Origin: Ostreococcus lucimarinus
Lineage: Eukaryota
Length of the DNA stretch: 64,000 nucleotides
Strand: one strand, 5' to 3'
NCBI GenBank assembly: GCA_000092065.1
Contig: CP000584.1
The notes under the pieces: model-generated
What the model was told of the DNA's origin: nothing
The model's input: the letters and a program-made list of their open reading frames with translations, nothing else
Database searches by the model: none
Part shown: positions 9,305 through 18,966 of the stretch, piece after piece
Layout: each line of letters opens with the position of its first letter
Position numbering within the stretch: position 1 is the stretch's first letter
Translations under genes and position numbers: made by a program

Positions 9305-11485
9305 ATGTCCGAGGCGTCGATCGCGCGCGCGTTTCTCGAGGCGAGCGACGCCGCGGCGGCGCTCGCGGCGCGCGCGCGACGGCGCGTGGACGCGCCCGCG
9401 GGCGGCGCGAGCGACGGTTCGCCCGGCTCGGTCAGCGCGTCGATGGACGCCGAGGTAGACGCGTACGTCGCGCGAGTCAAGGCGCACGCGAAACTCAAGG
9501 CGTGCGTGGACGCGATGACGCACGCGCAGCGGTGGGAAGACGCGAACGAGGCGTTGAAGGCGCTGGAGATTGATTTGGCGAGGCGAATTGAATCGACTTT
9601 TAAAGCGTTGGCGCGGGGGACGCGAGAGCTCGAGGACGCGCTCGTGGACGCCAAGGCGACGCCGGACGTGTTCATTGATTTCACGCCGCGCGGTACGGTC
9701 GAGCGCGGTCGACGCGGGCGGGAGATTTGGAACGAAAATATTCTCGCGGCGACGCGAGAGCCGCGAGACGAAAATAGCGACGAAGCGATGGAGGCGTCGA
9801 GCGACGACGCGATCGAGGCCTTCGGAGGCGATGAAAACGACGGCATGGAACGTAAACTCACAGATGATGAAGCTGTGGAGCATGAACCGTCGCCTAGGTT
9901 GGGTCGTCGGCTCTCGGCCGAGGACGCCGCGATGCGAATCCAAGCCGTTTTTCGTGGGTTCCGCTCTCGTTCCAGGACAAACATCGAAGCCAGGCGTGAA
10001 CTCGAGCATCTCGGGATGATTGCGAGCGCGAAGCACTCACAAAGAAAGTTCAACGATTTTAGCGAGTTAAAGCGGCGGAACGAGTTGCGTTCACGCAGCG
10101 CAAAGCAGCTCGCGGATCTCGAGGCAAACATTCGGCGGGATTTGCTCTCTTCGCGACGCGAGAGCATCAAAGACGAAATTAAAGCGGTGCGAGAGGCGCA
10201 AGCGCTCGATATCATTATCACAGACGATAACGCGCATGCCACAGCGATCACCTCGAACGACGAGGACGTCCCCACGCGATTGTGTCGCGCGGTGGAAAAG
10301 TATCGTCGGCGCTGGGCCGATTGCTCGCAGGTGAGTTTGAACGCCTTCGACATCGATCACGTGCGATCGAGTGTGTTGCAGGAAGTCACGAATGCGCTGA
10401 GAGCTGAAATCGAGGACGAAGCTCGCGCGCTGGAGGCGCAAAATAAAAAGACGAAAGTTGGAAAGAAGAAGAAGGGTTCGGCTGAGGCGCCTGGCGCGAA
10501 AAAGTCATCCTCGACGAAGAGTAAAGCGGCGCCGTCGAAGAAATCCAAAGGCGCAATCAAGCAACAAAGACAGCGAGGGATGGAAACGATCGATCCTGAT
10601 CTCTTAAAAACATTCGCGAGATTGCAGATGGTCGAGCCGACGCCACTCGATGGCCGTCTTGATGACTATCTCGGCACCGGCGGCGAACGGCGTAAAGGAC
10701 ACGAAGATTCCACAATGCTCGAGGTCGCTCAGCTTCGCCATGTTCTCGCGGTGTCGGTGGCGATTCCACTCACATCGCAACGTGTGCATGAGCTCGCGCC
10801 GCACATGAAGTGCGTGCTCTTGGAGGGATTAGCGGCGAGCGGCAAGTCGTACCTCGCGCGTCTGTGCGCCGCCGAATCCGGATGCGCGCTGTTCAATCTC
10901 TCGCCCGATCGACTCGCCCGCGCCGAGGCGAGCGGAGAAAACCCCAAATCACTGATGAAATACGTCTTCCAAGCCGCGAAGACGATCGCCCCGAGCGTGA
11001 TTTTCATTCGAGATGTCGACGCGTACTTTCCCGAGAAGAGCAAAAAAACGAAAGCAACCGACGCGGAGTGCGCTCGCAAGCTTCGAAAAGACTTGATGAA
11101 GGAAATCAAAGCGCTGAAACCAGGCTCGCGCGTCACTGTCGTATGTACGCGAACGATCGCGAACGACGTGGCATCGTCGAGCGACCCAAAAGGTTTCGAA
11201 AAGATGTTCAATCTTCGCCTCGAGGCGCCGCCGCCGGATTACGGCGGTCGTCGGCGAATCCTGGCCAAAGCCTTGGAGGCGATATCGGTCGATCCGGTCG
11301 ATCCAACGCGTCGACGCACGGGCGACGACGCGAGCGCCACGCTTGCGTGCTACGCCACCGCGGGCATGACCACCGGCGCGCTCTTCGCGCTCGTTCAAAA
11401 CGCCCGCGACGACGTGAGATCTTCCCGAGATCCTTGGCGAGCGCTCCTTCGCCGCGTCGAATCCGACGCCGCGTCGAAACATTGA
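9305..11485 (+). CDS. IQ-motif plus AAA-ATPase domain protein (IQCA/DRC11-like)
   Basis: ATG at 9305. IQ motif IQAVFRGFRSRSR. The C-terminal AAA-like domain has Walker A GLAASGKS and Walker B VIFIRDVD. Confidence 0.6.
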   Translation: MSEASIARAFLEASDAAAALAARARRRVDAPAGGASDGSPGSVSASMDAEVDAYVARVKAHAKLKACVDAMTHAQRWEDANEALKALEIDLARRIESTFKALARGTRELEDALVDAKATPDVFIDFTPRGTVERGRRGREIWNENILAATREPRDENSDEAMEASSDDAIEAFGGDENDGMERKLTDDEAVEHEPSPRLGRRLSAEDAAMRIQAVFRGFRSRSRTNIEARRELEHLGMIASAKHSQRKFNDFSELKRRNELRSRSAKQLADLEANIRRDLLSSRRESIKDEIKAVREAQALDIIITDDNAHATAITSNDEDVPTRLCRAVEKYRRRWADCSQVSLNAFDIDHVRSSVLQEVTNALRAEIEDEARALEAQNKKTKVGKKKKGSAEAPGAKKSSSTKSKAAPSKKSKGAIKQQRQRGMETIDPDLLKTFARLQMVEPTPLDGRLDDYLGTGGERRKGHEDSTMLEVAQLRHVLAVSVAIPLTSQRVHELAPHMKCVLLEGLAASGKSYLARLCAAESGCALFNLSPDRLARAEASGENPKSLMKYVFQAAKTIAPSVIFIRDVDAYFPEKSKKTKATDAECARKLRKDLMKEIKALKPGSRVTVVCTRTIANDVASSSDPKGFEKMFNLRLEAPPPDYGGRRRILAKALEAISVDPVDPTRRRTGDDASATLACYATAGMTTGALFALVQNARDDVRSSRDPWRALLRRVESDAASKH

Positions 11486-11671
11486 CAAGTAATGTAGGTA
11501 ATATTGAACAAGCGAGCAATTTCAAGGGTAATGTAATCTAATGTAACGTAACTAAAGTTCCGCCCCCTCGCGGCGATAAAATGTCTAAATTTTTGGCTTC
11601 GCGGCGTCGTCCGCGTCGCGCGTAATCGCGCCGCCGGAACGCCGCCTTCGCCGTCGACGCGCCGTCGCTCC

Positions 11672-11851
11672 TCACACCCACGGCTGATCGCGATCCTCCA
11701 ATAACTCTTCAATCACCACCGACGCGATCGTCGCCACGCACGCCACGCCCAGCGCCGTCCCCACGCTCTGTCCTCGCCAGTGAAAGAACCCCGCGCACAG
11801 CACCGCGCCCGTCCCGCTCGACAACCAATCGTACGACGCCATCTTCCGCAT
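11672..11851 (-). CDS. possible small TM protein (low confidence)
   Basis: The ORF runs 11672..12229, but the track start is GTG and the N-terminal 2/3 is Arg-rich. The first convincing ATG is at 11851 (MRKMASYDWLSSGTGAVLCAGFFHWRGQSVGTALGVACVATIASVVIEELLEDRDQPWV). Confidence 0.2.
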   Translation of the reverse strand: MRKMASYDWLSSGTGAVLCAGFFHWRGQSVGTALGVACVATIASVVIEELLEDRDQPWV

Positions 11852-12270
11852 CGTCGCGTTCGCATCGAACGCCTTCGCCCCGTCGCTCCCGCGCGCGTTC
11901 GCATCGAGCGTCTTCGCTCGATCTTCGCCCTCGCGCGCGTCCCTCTCGCCCGCGCGCGCGTCGTCATCGCGTCGCCGCGCCGAGATACGCATCGTCCCCG
12001 CGCGACGCGATCGCGTCGTCGCGCGCGCCGACGCGACCGCGCGCGGCGCGCGCACCGCGCGCGCGGGCGTCGACAACATCATTCGAGCGCTCGTTCGGCG
12101 CGCGCGTCGTTCGGCGGCTCGCGCGCGCGTTCGGCGTCGCGAAGTGCGCGCGCGATTCGTAACCGTCCGTCCCGAGGTGACTTTTTCGTCGCGACGTCCG
12201 GGGAACGAATCGAAACGCGCGCCGCACACGCGCGCGATCGCGCGATTGCGCGCGTCGCGAGCGGGCGTCG

Positions 12271-13092
12271 ATGACGAAAAATGCGACGCGCCCGGCGACG
12301 ACGCGATCGCGCGACGTGACGCGTCGCGCGACGCGCGCGCGGCGCGCGATGATGACGGTCGCGATGACGGTCGCGGTGGCGGTGATGACGCGCGGCGCGC
12401 GCGGGGACGGCGACGAGGGCGCGAAGAGGGGCGCGATAGAGATGCGAGCGGATGATTTAGAAGACTACCTCGCGCGGGCGCCGATCGAGGTGACGATCGC
12501 GACGAAGTTTTACGCGCCTTGGTGCGGGCACTGCAAGACGCTGGCGCCGCTGTGGGACGACTTCGCCCGACGCGGGGCGAACGAAAACATCATCGCGCTG
12601 TCCGTCGACGCCAGTGGGGCGAACGCGAAGGCACTGAACGCGAAGTTCAACGTTCAGGGGTTCCCGACGCTGTTTTTCTTCAAGGGCGGCGCGGCGTACG
12701 AGTACTCGGGCAAGCGCGCCGTCGACGACCTCGTCGACTTCGCGCGCTCGCCCTCCAAATTCGCCCTCGGTCGCGCCTACGCCGTCGACGACGCCACCAA
12801 CGCCTTGGTTTTCGCCAAACCACCGTTCCGCGTGCTCCTCCGCGACGTCTCTCGCGGCATCGCTCGCGATTACGCCCGCGTCGTCGGCAAACATCCCCAG
12901 CTCCTCGTCGCCGTCTTCGTCCTCGGCGTCTGGCTCGGCGCGTGCGCCGTCGGCGCCGCTTTCTTCTTCACCGGCGACTACGCCGCCGCGAAGCAATGGC
13001 GCGAGTTCATCGCTCGCAACGCCGACGCCATTCGCGCCGCGAACGCCGCCGCCGCCGCCGACGACGCCTCCAAAGGCAAAAAAACCAACTAG
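12271..13092 (+). CDS. thioredoxin-fold protein (PDI/TMX-like, WCGHC active site) with C-terminal TM segment
   Basis: ATG at 12271. The active-site region reads FYAPWCGHCKTLAPLWDDFA. A hydrophobic segment LLVAVFVLGVWLGACAVGAAFFF lies near the C-terminus. Confidence 0.8.
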   Translation: MTKNATRPATTRSRDVTRRATRARRAMMTVAMTVAVAVMTRGARGDGDEGAKRGAIEMRADDLEDYLARAPIEVTIATKFYAPWCGHCKTLAPLWDDFARRGANENIIALSVDASGANAKALNAKFNVQGFPTLFFFKGGAAYEYSGKRAVDDLVDFARSPSKFALGRAYAVDDATNALVFAKPPFRVLLRDVSRGIARDYARVVGKHPQLLVAVFVLGVWLGACAVGAAFFFTGDYAAAKQWREFIARNADAIRAANAAAAADDASKGKKTN

Positions 13093-13924
13093 TCAGCAGT
13101 GCAATCCAATCGCCCCGGGCGAAAATATCTGTTTCGCGCCGGACGTATCTTTTTCCCGGGCGCGGAACGGCGCCGTGAAACCTCTGATGGCGTTCGCGCG
13201 CGCTCGAATATGCGACTATGACCCCCCGATCGCGATAAATGCGCGCCCGCGTAAGCGCGCCTCCGTCGCCCGCGCCCGCGCGGTTGGTCGCGCGCGGCCG
13301 CGTCGACGCGAGCCCGCGACGCGCGCGACGCGACGTCCGCATCGGCGCGAGCGCACGTCCGCGCGACGCCGCGCGAATCGACGCGCGCCGTCGCGTCGGA
13401 CCGCGCGGCGTCGCGACCGCGCGCGCACTCTTCGGCGCCACCGCGGCATCGGTTGAAAACAATTCGCGATACGGCGCGACGACGATCGGCGTCGAATTGC
13501 GAGGTGCGCGAGATGCGAAAGCGCGCGCGCGCGACGACGATCGATGCGACGATATTTATGCGCGCGAACGCGCGGTCGACGGCGCGCGAACGCGCGATGG
13601 GACGATGCGCGGCGCGATCGAATGGGACGGCTCCGGCGCCGCGGATGCGAGCCGGAGGTGACGCGCGATCGCTCGAGGCGGTGCGACGACGGCGCGCGAC
13701 CGCGGGCGCGGGGCGCCGAGGGCGGCGATGGGGGAGGGAATATGCGGGGAACGGCGCGGCGCGCGGGGGGGGGGCGCGCGGACGCTGAGACGCGCGCGGA
13801 CGGCGGCGGGACGCGCGCGCGCGGGACGCGCGGGAGATATCGCGCGCGCGCGACGCGCGGGACGGGGTCCGGAGAGAGCGGGCGTCGCGCGCCGACGCGG
13901 TGCGCGGTGATGGATGGTCGATGA

Positions 13925-14027
13925 GTGCGCTCGCGCGCGCGTCGTGCGTCGCGGGCGGCGATGGCGCGAAGAACGAGGCGAAGAGAGACTGACGAAGGCG
14001 CGACGCGGACAGGGTGGCTCGCCGCAG
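13925..14027 (+). other. candidate 5'-UTR intron (103 nt) of the ANK-CCCH gene, same stereotyped class
   Basis: A GTGCGC donor sits at 13925. The block gcgaagagagactgacgaagg is nearly identical to gcgaacgagagactgacggg in the GSK3 intron. A CCGCAG acceptor ends at 14027, 42 nt before ATG 14069. No in-frame upstream coding exon is possible. Confidence 0.3.
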
Positions 14028-14068
14028 AAGCGAAGTTCGCGGAATTCCGACGGTGAGACGCGCGTGCG

Positions 14069-15739
14069 ATGTCGTTGAGTACGTCTCCCGTGCTCGCGGC
14101 CGCGGCCTCGAACGATCTCGCCCAGGTGCGATGGTTGCTCGAGCGGGAAAACGTGCCGGTTGATTTCATGGGCGACTGGTACGCCGAGCCGCGAAACGGC
14201 GGGAAAGGCTTGGAGCGACAGCGGCGAACGCCGTGCATGGTGGCTGCCTCGCACGGGTCGCTGGAGGTTTTGTTGTATGTGTTACAGATGGGCGCTGACC
14301 CGAATATGCGGAGCGAGGACGATGAGCGGTGCACGGCGATGCACTGCGCAGCGGCGGGGGGGGCGGCGTTGAGCACCGACGCCATCAAGACGCTGCTGTT
14401 GTTCGGGGCGGATAGGAACGCGCGAGACACGTATGGGCGCGTTCCCGCGGATTGTCTCCCCGGAACGACGAGCGAGGCGAATTTTAATGGTTCAGACGCA
14501 GGTGGTTCGAGCTCGGGCGGGAGCGCGAGCACGGGAGGGAACGGGCGAGGGCACGGCGGTCCTGGTTCGGGCGCCGCGGTGAACTCGCAGGGGGTGGTTT
14601 TGCAAGATCCGGACGACGACACGCTGATGAGCGACGAATTCAGAATGTACGAATTTAAGATTCGAAGGTGCTCGCGGACGAGGGCGCACGATTGGACGGA
14701 GTGTCCGTACACGCATCCGGGCGAGAAGGCGCGCCGACGCGATCCGAGGAGGTTCAACTACTGCGGCACGGCGTGTCCGGAATTCCGCAAAGGCTCGTGC
14801 CCGCAAGGCGACGTCTGCGAATACGCGCACGGCGTCTTCGAGTGCTGGCTGCACCCATCGAGATATCGCACGCAATTATGCAAGGATGGCGCGGCGTGCG
14901 ATCGTCGCGCGTGCTTCTTCGCGCACCACACGTCGCAGCTTCGAGTACCGACGGATGCGTACGGGAACCCGACTGGCAACCTGTCGCCGAACACGCCGTC
15001 GCCCACAGGGAGTGGGTCGCCGCAGAATGGCTCGCCGAGACAATCGAGCGCATCGCTCGATTGGTCCATGGCGCGCAATAGCGAGAGCGATAGCACGCAT
15101 AACATGGCTGCGGCGATGCTCAAGGGCAACGCGATGATGGGCGCCGGCGCCGGCGCGTTCGCCGCCAACGGCGCCGTTCCGGGCATGTCGTTCCCACCAC
15201 TTCCTCGTGTGGACTCCATGTTGCTTCAGTCACAGTACGGACAACAACAGTCGCAGCAACAGCACGGACAATCGCCGACGATGCCGCAACAGCAGCTCCA
15301 CCAGCAACAGATGATGGCCAACTACGTGTCGTCAATGTCGGGGATGTCGGGCGTCACCGGCGATCTTCAGGGTGCGATGCAGGGCGCATTCCCGCTCGGT
15401 TACAGCTCGATGATGCAAGGAAATGGAATGTTCAATCAAGCGGATCCATCTTTACAGGCGCATCAGATGTTACCGCAGCAGCAGACTTCCGCGGCGTACA
15501 TGGCGGGCGGAAACGTTGGTGGTGTGGGCGCGGGATTAAAGTCGGTCCAAAGTCAGAGCAGTGGAAGCGGAGGATCCACGATCTCGGAACAACAAGGATT
15601 GTACGCGGGCGCCAAACTATTTACTTTACCACCGAACGGTGTGCGGCAGGCACACATGCGTCGCAACTCTTCCTCGTTTCAGCACCTTGGTATGATCGAA
15701 GGCGTGTTGGACGGGACGGATGGAGAGCTTCGCCAATAA
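14069..15739 (+). CDS. ankyrin-repeat + tandem CCCH zinc-finger protein (plant C3H-ANK type) with Gln-rich C-terminus
   Basis: ATG at 14069. ANK repeats are followed by [76 protein letters not shown] poly-Q/M tail follows. Confidence 0.85.
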   Translation: MSLSTSPVLAAAASNDLAQVRWLLERENVPVDFMGDWYAEPRNGGKGLERQRRTPCMVAASHGSLEVLLYVLQMGADPNMRSEDDERCTAMHCAAAGGAALSTDAIKTLLLFGADRNARDTYGRVPADCLPGTTSEANFNGSDAGGSSSGGSASTGGNGRGHGGPGSGAAVNSQGVVLQDPDDDTLMSDEFRMYEFKIRRCSRTRAHDWTECPYTHPGEKARRRDPRRFNYCGTACPEFRKGSCPQGDVCEYAHGVFECWLHPSRYRTQLCKDGAACDRRACFFAHHTSQLRVPTDAYGNPTGNLSPNTPSPTGSGSPQNGSPRQSSASLDWSMARNSESDSTHNMAAAMLKGNAMMGAGAGAFAANGAVPGMSFPPLPRVDSMLLQSQYGQQQSQQQHGQSPTMPQQQLHQQQMMANYVSSMSGMSGVTGDLQGAMQGAFPLGYSSMMQGNGMFNQADPSLQAHQMLPQQQTSAAYMAGGNVGGVGAGLKSVQSQSSGSGGSTISEQQGLYAGAKLFTLPPNGVRQAHMRRNSSSFQHLGMIEGVLDGTDGELRQ

Positions 15740-16158
15740 TCAAGCAAATCAATAATTCAAAGAGCAAAGACGCGCGTCTTACAGCTCTAGCACGCAGATT
15801 AAGTGTATTCTAGCCAAATTGCGTCGGTTTGAACGAAACAGTTCTCACCGAACAGGTTTATCCTTGAAATCGGCCGGCGGTCTCCGGTAATTATTATTCC
15901 AAGCAGCCGGATCAAGCCACTGAAGTATTCTCAATGTGAGCTGGGTACACCATTTGTACTCTCGCACGACAACGGCCGACTTCATGATAAACCTCCTGTA
16001 CTCTTTTATCCGCAGGATATTCGCATTTACAATCACACATACGCACCGCACCGCACATATTCTCTTCGTTAACATTTCATCTTCTTCACATCCATCATGT
16101 AATTGATATCGGAACGAATTGATTGATCAGTATTTCATTTTATTTTACATCGACGCGA
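15740..16158. terminator. AT-richer convergent 3'-UTR/terminator region shared by ANK-CCCH (+) and PFK (-)
   Basis: GC drops to about 45%. Many stop codons occur in all frames. The region lies between two convergent stop codons. Confidence 0.4.
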
Positions 16159-17640
16159 TCAAGTTTTCGAAAACGTAGGTTGACCGATCGCGAAGCGCAG
16201 GCGTTCGAACATTCGCCCTTCGGGATCGACGGTGCGAGCGGCGCTAATCACCGGCGGAATGGGTAGGTACACGTAGTGGCCGGAGCACATACCCACGGTC
16301 ACCGCACTCAAACCCGCAAAAGCGGCGTGCACGGCATTCTGCCCTAAAATAGAACAGTAAACGGCATCCGATGCATTCGTTCGGCACGCGCGAACCATGT
16401 ACGTGGGATCGATGTACTTGATGTCGCATTCGGGTTTCGCGTCCTTGAGCTTTTGCTGCAAGTACTTGGCGAAATTTTGTAAGATTGGATTGCCACTCGC
16501 GTCTGTCTCACCAATCATGCCGAGCTGCTCTTGCCCGGCGCCTTCGGCGACGACGACGACGGCGTGGTTTTGGCGTTCGACGACACGCTTGATGTGCGCC
16601 AACACGCCTCCGTCACCTTCTAGCGGGCAATCGATCTCGGGGATAAGACATACGTCTGTGTTCCCAGAAGCTAATGCCGCGTGCATCGCGATGAAACCCG
16701 ACTGACGACCCATGAGTCGAACCAATCCGACGCCGTTGTCCGCGCTTCGCGCTTCGATGTTCGCCGACCGAATCGCCTTGACGGCTTCGTCGACGGCGGT
16801 TTGGAAACCAAAAGTTCTGTCGAGGAGCAAAATATCGTTGTCGATCGTCTTCGGCACTCCGATCACGCTCGTCGTCAAACCCTTCTCGCGACAGAGCTTA
16901 TCGATGGCTAACGCCCCCGCGTGCGAGCCGTTCCCGCCGATGACAAACAAAAAATCGATACCCATGTCTTCGATTTTTTGCACGATGGCCGGCATATCTG
17001 CCCCGCCTCGACTCGATCCTAGCATGCTCCCACCCGTGATTTGAATGTCTTCCACCATTTCGCTCGTGAGCTTCATGGGCGCCTCCAACGGATTCGCGTC
17101 CGCGGCTTCGTCGCCGAAGAAGCCTCGAAAGCCGTACTTGATGCCCAAAATCTCTTCGCATCCGTAATCCTCCAACGTCGTCGTGATGCTACGTATGACG
17201 TCGTTCAAGCCTGGGCAGAGCCCACCGCACGTCACGATCGCCGCTTTCACGCGTTTCGGGTCGTAATATATCTCCTCTCGCGCCCCCGCTCGAACCGCGC
17301 GTTCGTCGCTAAACGCCGTGTCCTCGCCTCCCACGTAACTCGTCCTCAGCGGGTTCAGCGACACGCTGTCGCGGTTATCGATGAATCTCTGGCCTAAACC
17401 AAACTCCCAAAGCGATCCACCCTCGGCGAACGGGCTCGGACGCTTCTCCAGGCCGTACATCTCACCGACGTGGGTCGGAACGAAATCGCTCATCACCGCG
17501 GGCGAAAACAGCGTCTTCGGGTCGTAATCCGGGCGCGGCGTGGCGCGCGGCGGTCGCGGGACTCGGCGACGGGCGACGCGCGCGCATCGCGGCGACGCGA
17601 TGGCGCGCGCGGTGGGAACGGCGCGAACCCGCGCGGGCAT
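16159..17640 (-). CDS. PFK: ATP-dependent 6-phosphofructokinase (plant/plastid type)
   Basis: ATG at 17640. Presequence then CGGLCPGLNDVIR...GGDGS-like...GVPKTIDNDI...MGRQSGFIAMHAALASG core. Confidence 0.9.
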   Translation of the reverse strand: MPARVRAVPTARAIASPRCARVARRRVPRPPRATPRPDYDPKTLFSPAVMSDFVPTHVGEMYGLEKRPSPFAEGGSLWEFGLGQRFIDNRDSVSLNPLRTSYVGGEDTAFSDERAVRAGAREEIYYDPKRVKAAIVTCGGLCPGLNDVIRSITTTLEDYGCEEILGIKYGFRGFFGDEAADANPLEAPMKLTSEMVEDIQITGGSMLGSSRGGADMPAIVQKIEDMGIDFLFVIGGNGSHAGALAIDKLCREKGLTTSVIGVPKTIDNDILLLDRTFGFQTAVDEAVKAIRSANIEARSADNGVGLVRLMGRQSGFIAMHAALASGNTDVCLIPEIDCPLEGDGGVLAHIKRVVERQNHAVVVVAEGAGQEQLGMIGETDASGNPILQNFAKYLQQKLKDAKPECDIKYIDPTYMVRACRTNASDAVYCSILGQNAVHAAFAGLSAVTVGMCSGHYVYLPIPPVISAARTVDPEGRMFERLRFAIGQPTFSKT

Positions 17641-17859
17641 GCGAAGCGCGCGCTGCTCAGAGTGAAGACGCCGTCGGCGAGGACAAAACGCGCCAACGCA
17701 CGCGTCGGAGTTCGCGCGCGTGGAGACGCGCGAGGGAAAGATGGTTAAGGTTTACGCGCGCTATGTATTTCTGAGCTAGTATTACGTCGATTGTGGCTGA
17801 CTATACGGTGGATCGCGCGAGCGTCGGGCGCGCGCTCGGCCGCTCCGCTCGTCCGAAAC

Positions 17860-18615
17860 TCACACGAGTTCAGCCTTGGGCGGATCGGTGTGGAGGAGAT
17901 CTTTGAACATGGAGTACTTGGCCAAAAGAATCGCGCCGCGCTTCAAGTCGACGGAATCTGTGTTGCCGTCGTCGTCTTCGCCCGTCACGAAATTCACGAC
18001 GTCTTCGCGAAAACGAAAAAACACAAACGAATCCGTCTTCGGCTTGGAAATCATCGCCGACCCCTCCTCCTCGTCCGTGGCGAACTTCGTGGCGAACTCC
18101 TTCACGGCGTCGCGATAACCGTCGGGTAGTTCCTTCAAAACGTTCTCGTAATGTTCCGACACGGCGATCGCGTACTTGCGGACGTACTTTTGCTCCGCCT
18201 CGCTCAACCGCTCGCTCAACCGCTCTTGCCCCTCCTCCGTCCGTAAGAAATAAAACGCGTGCGCCTCAATCTTCCGCAGCCTCGTCCGCGCGTACTCCCT
18301 CAACAAATATTTGATCCGATTCACCTCGACCCACATGACGTTATCCATCAACTTTTCGCTCGCGTCCTCCGCGCCTCCGCCTCGCTCCGCGCGCGTCTCC
18401 GCCCTTCGCGTCAGCGCTCGCTCCTGCGCCTCCACCGCCGTCTTCACCGCCTCCACGAGCGCGTCCTCTCGCGTCATCATCTCCGGCGCCAACCTTTCGC
18501 GCACCCACGCGCGCTTCAGTCGCATCACCGGGCTCGTCACCGGTTCGAACGCCTCGTCCAAGTTTAAATTTCGCATCCGTCGCGCATCCTCCTCCTCGTC
18601 GTCCTCGTCGCTCAT
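17860..18615 (-). CDS. SLD5: GINS complex subunit Sld5 (GINS4)
   Basis: Diagnostic motifs VEVNRIKYLLREYARTRLRKIE and ILLAKYSMFKDLL. ATG at 18615. The track ORF extends to 19392 through repeat-encoded low complexity, so the start could be further upstream. Confidence 0.75.
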   Translation of the reverse strand: MSDEDDEEEDARRMRNLNLDEAFEPVTSPVMRLKRAWVRERLAPEMMTREDALVEAVKTAVEAQERALTRRAETRAERGGGAEDASEKLMDNVMWVEVNRIKYLLREYARTRLRKIEAHAFYFLRTEEGQERLSERLSEAEQKYVRKYAIAVSEHYENVLKELPDGYRDAVKEFATKFATDEEEGSAMISKPKTDSFVFFRFREDVVNFVTGEDDDGNTDSVDLKRGAILLAKYSMFKDLLHTDPPKAELV

Positions 18616-18710
18616 CGTCCGCGGTTCGTCCTCGTCGTCGCTCGCGCGCGTCGGCGCGTGGTCGTACCCATCGTCATCGCTCGCGTCGCGCGACATGTCC
18701 GCCGGTCCGT

Positions 18711-18800
18711 CGCGCGCCGTCGTCTCGCGCGTCCTCGTCCTCGTCCTCGTCCTCGTCGTCGTCGTCGCGATGTCGCGATGTCGCGATGTCGCGCCCGTAA
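18711..18800. repeat. compound microsatellite (GTCCTC)n(GTC)n(GATGTCGC)3
   Basis: Seen directly. Lies in the Sld5 / IleRS 5' region. Confidence 0.6.
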
Positions 18801-18966
18801 GCGCCATCGACGGCGCACCCACGACGGGAATTTCGTCGATTTCGTCGTCGACGATGGCGTTCGCGCGCGTCTCCGTACGACGAAATCGCGCGAGACGCGA
18901 CGAAAGCGGTCGCGCGCGCGCGCCGCGCCGCGCCTCCGCGGCGTCACCTCGCGACGTCGACGCCGC

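Noticed and set aside
9274-10353. 359-aa minus ORF antisense to IQ-AAA gene
   Set aside because: Ser/Ala/Arg-rich with no ATG context. The sense ORF carries the recognisable IQ and AAA motifs.
13216-14757. 513-aa minus-strand ORF (Arg/Pro/Ala-rich)
   Set aside because: It is antisense to the ANK-CCCH gene and to GC-rich spacer. It is pure low complexity and has no ATG support. This is a typical high-GC antisense artefact.
16700-16715. GACTGAC motif on + strand inside PFK region
   Set aside because: It lies antisense to the PFK coding sequence. No CAG acceptor or GTGCGY donor lies nearby, so it is coincidental.
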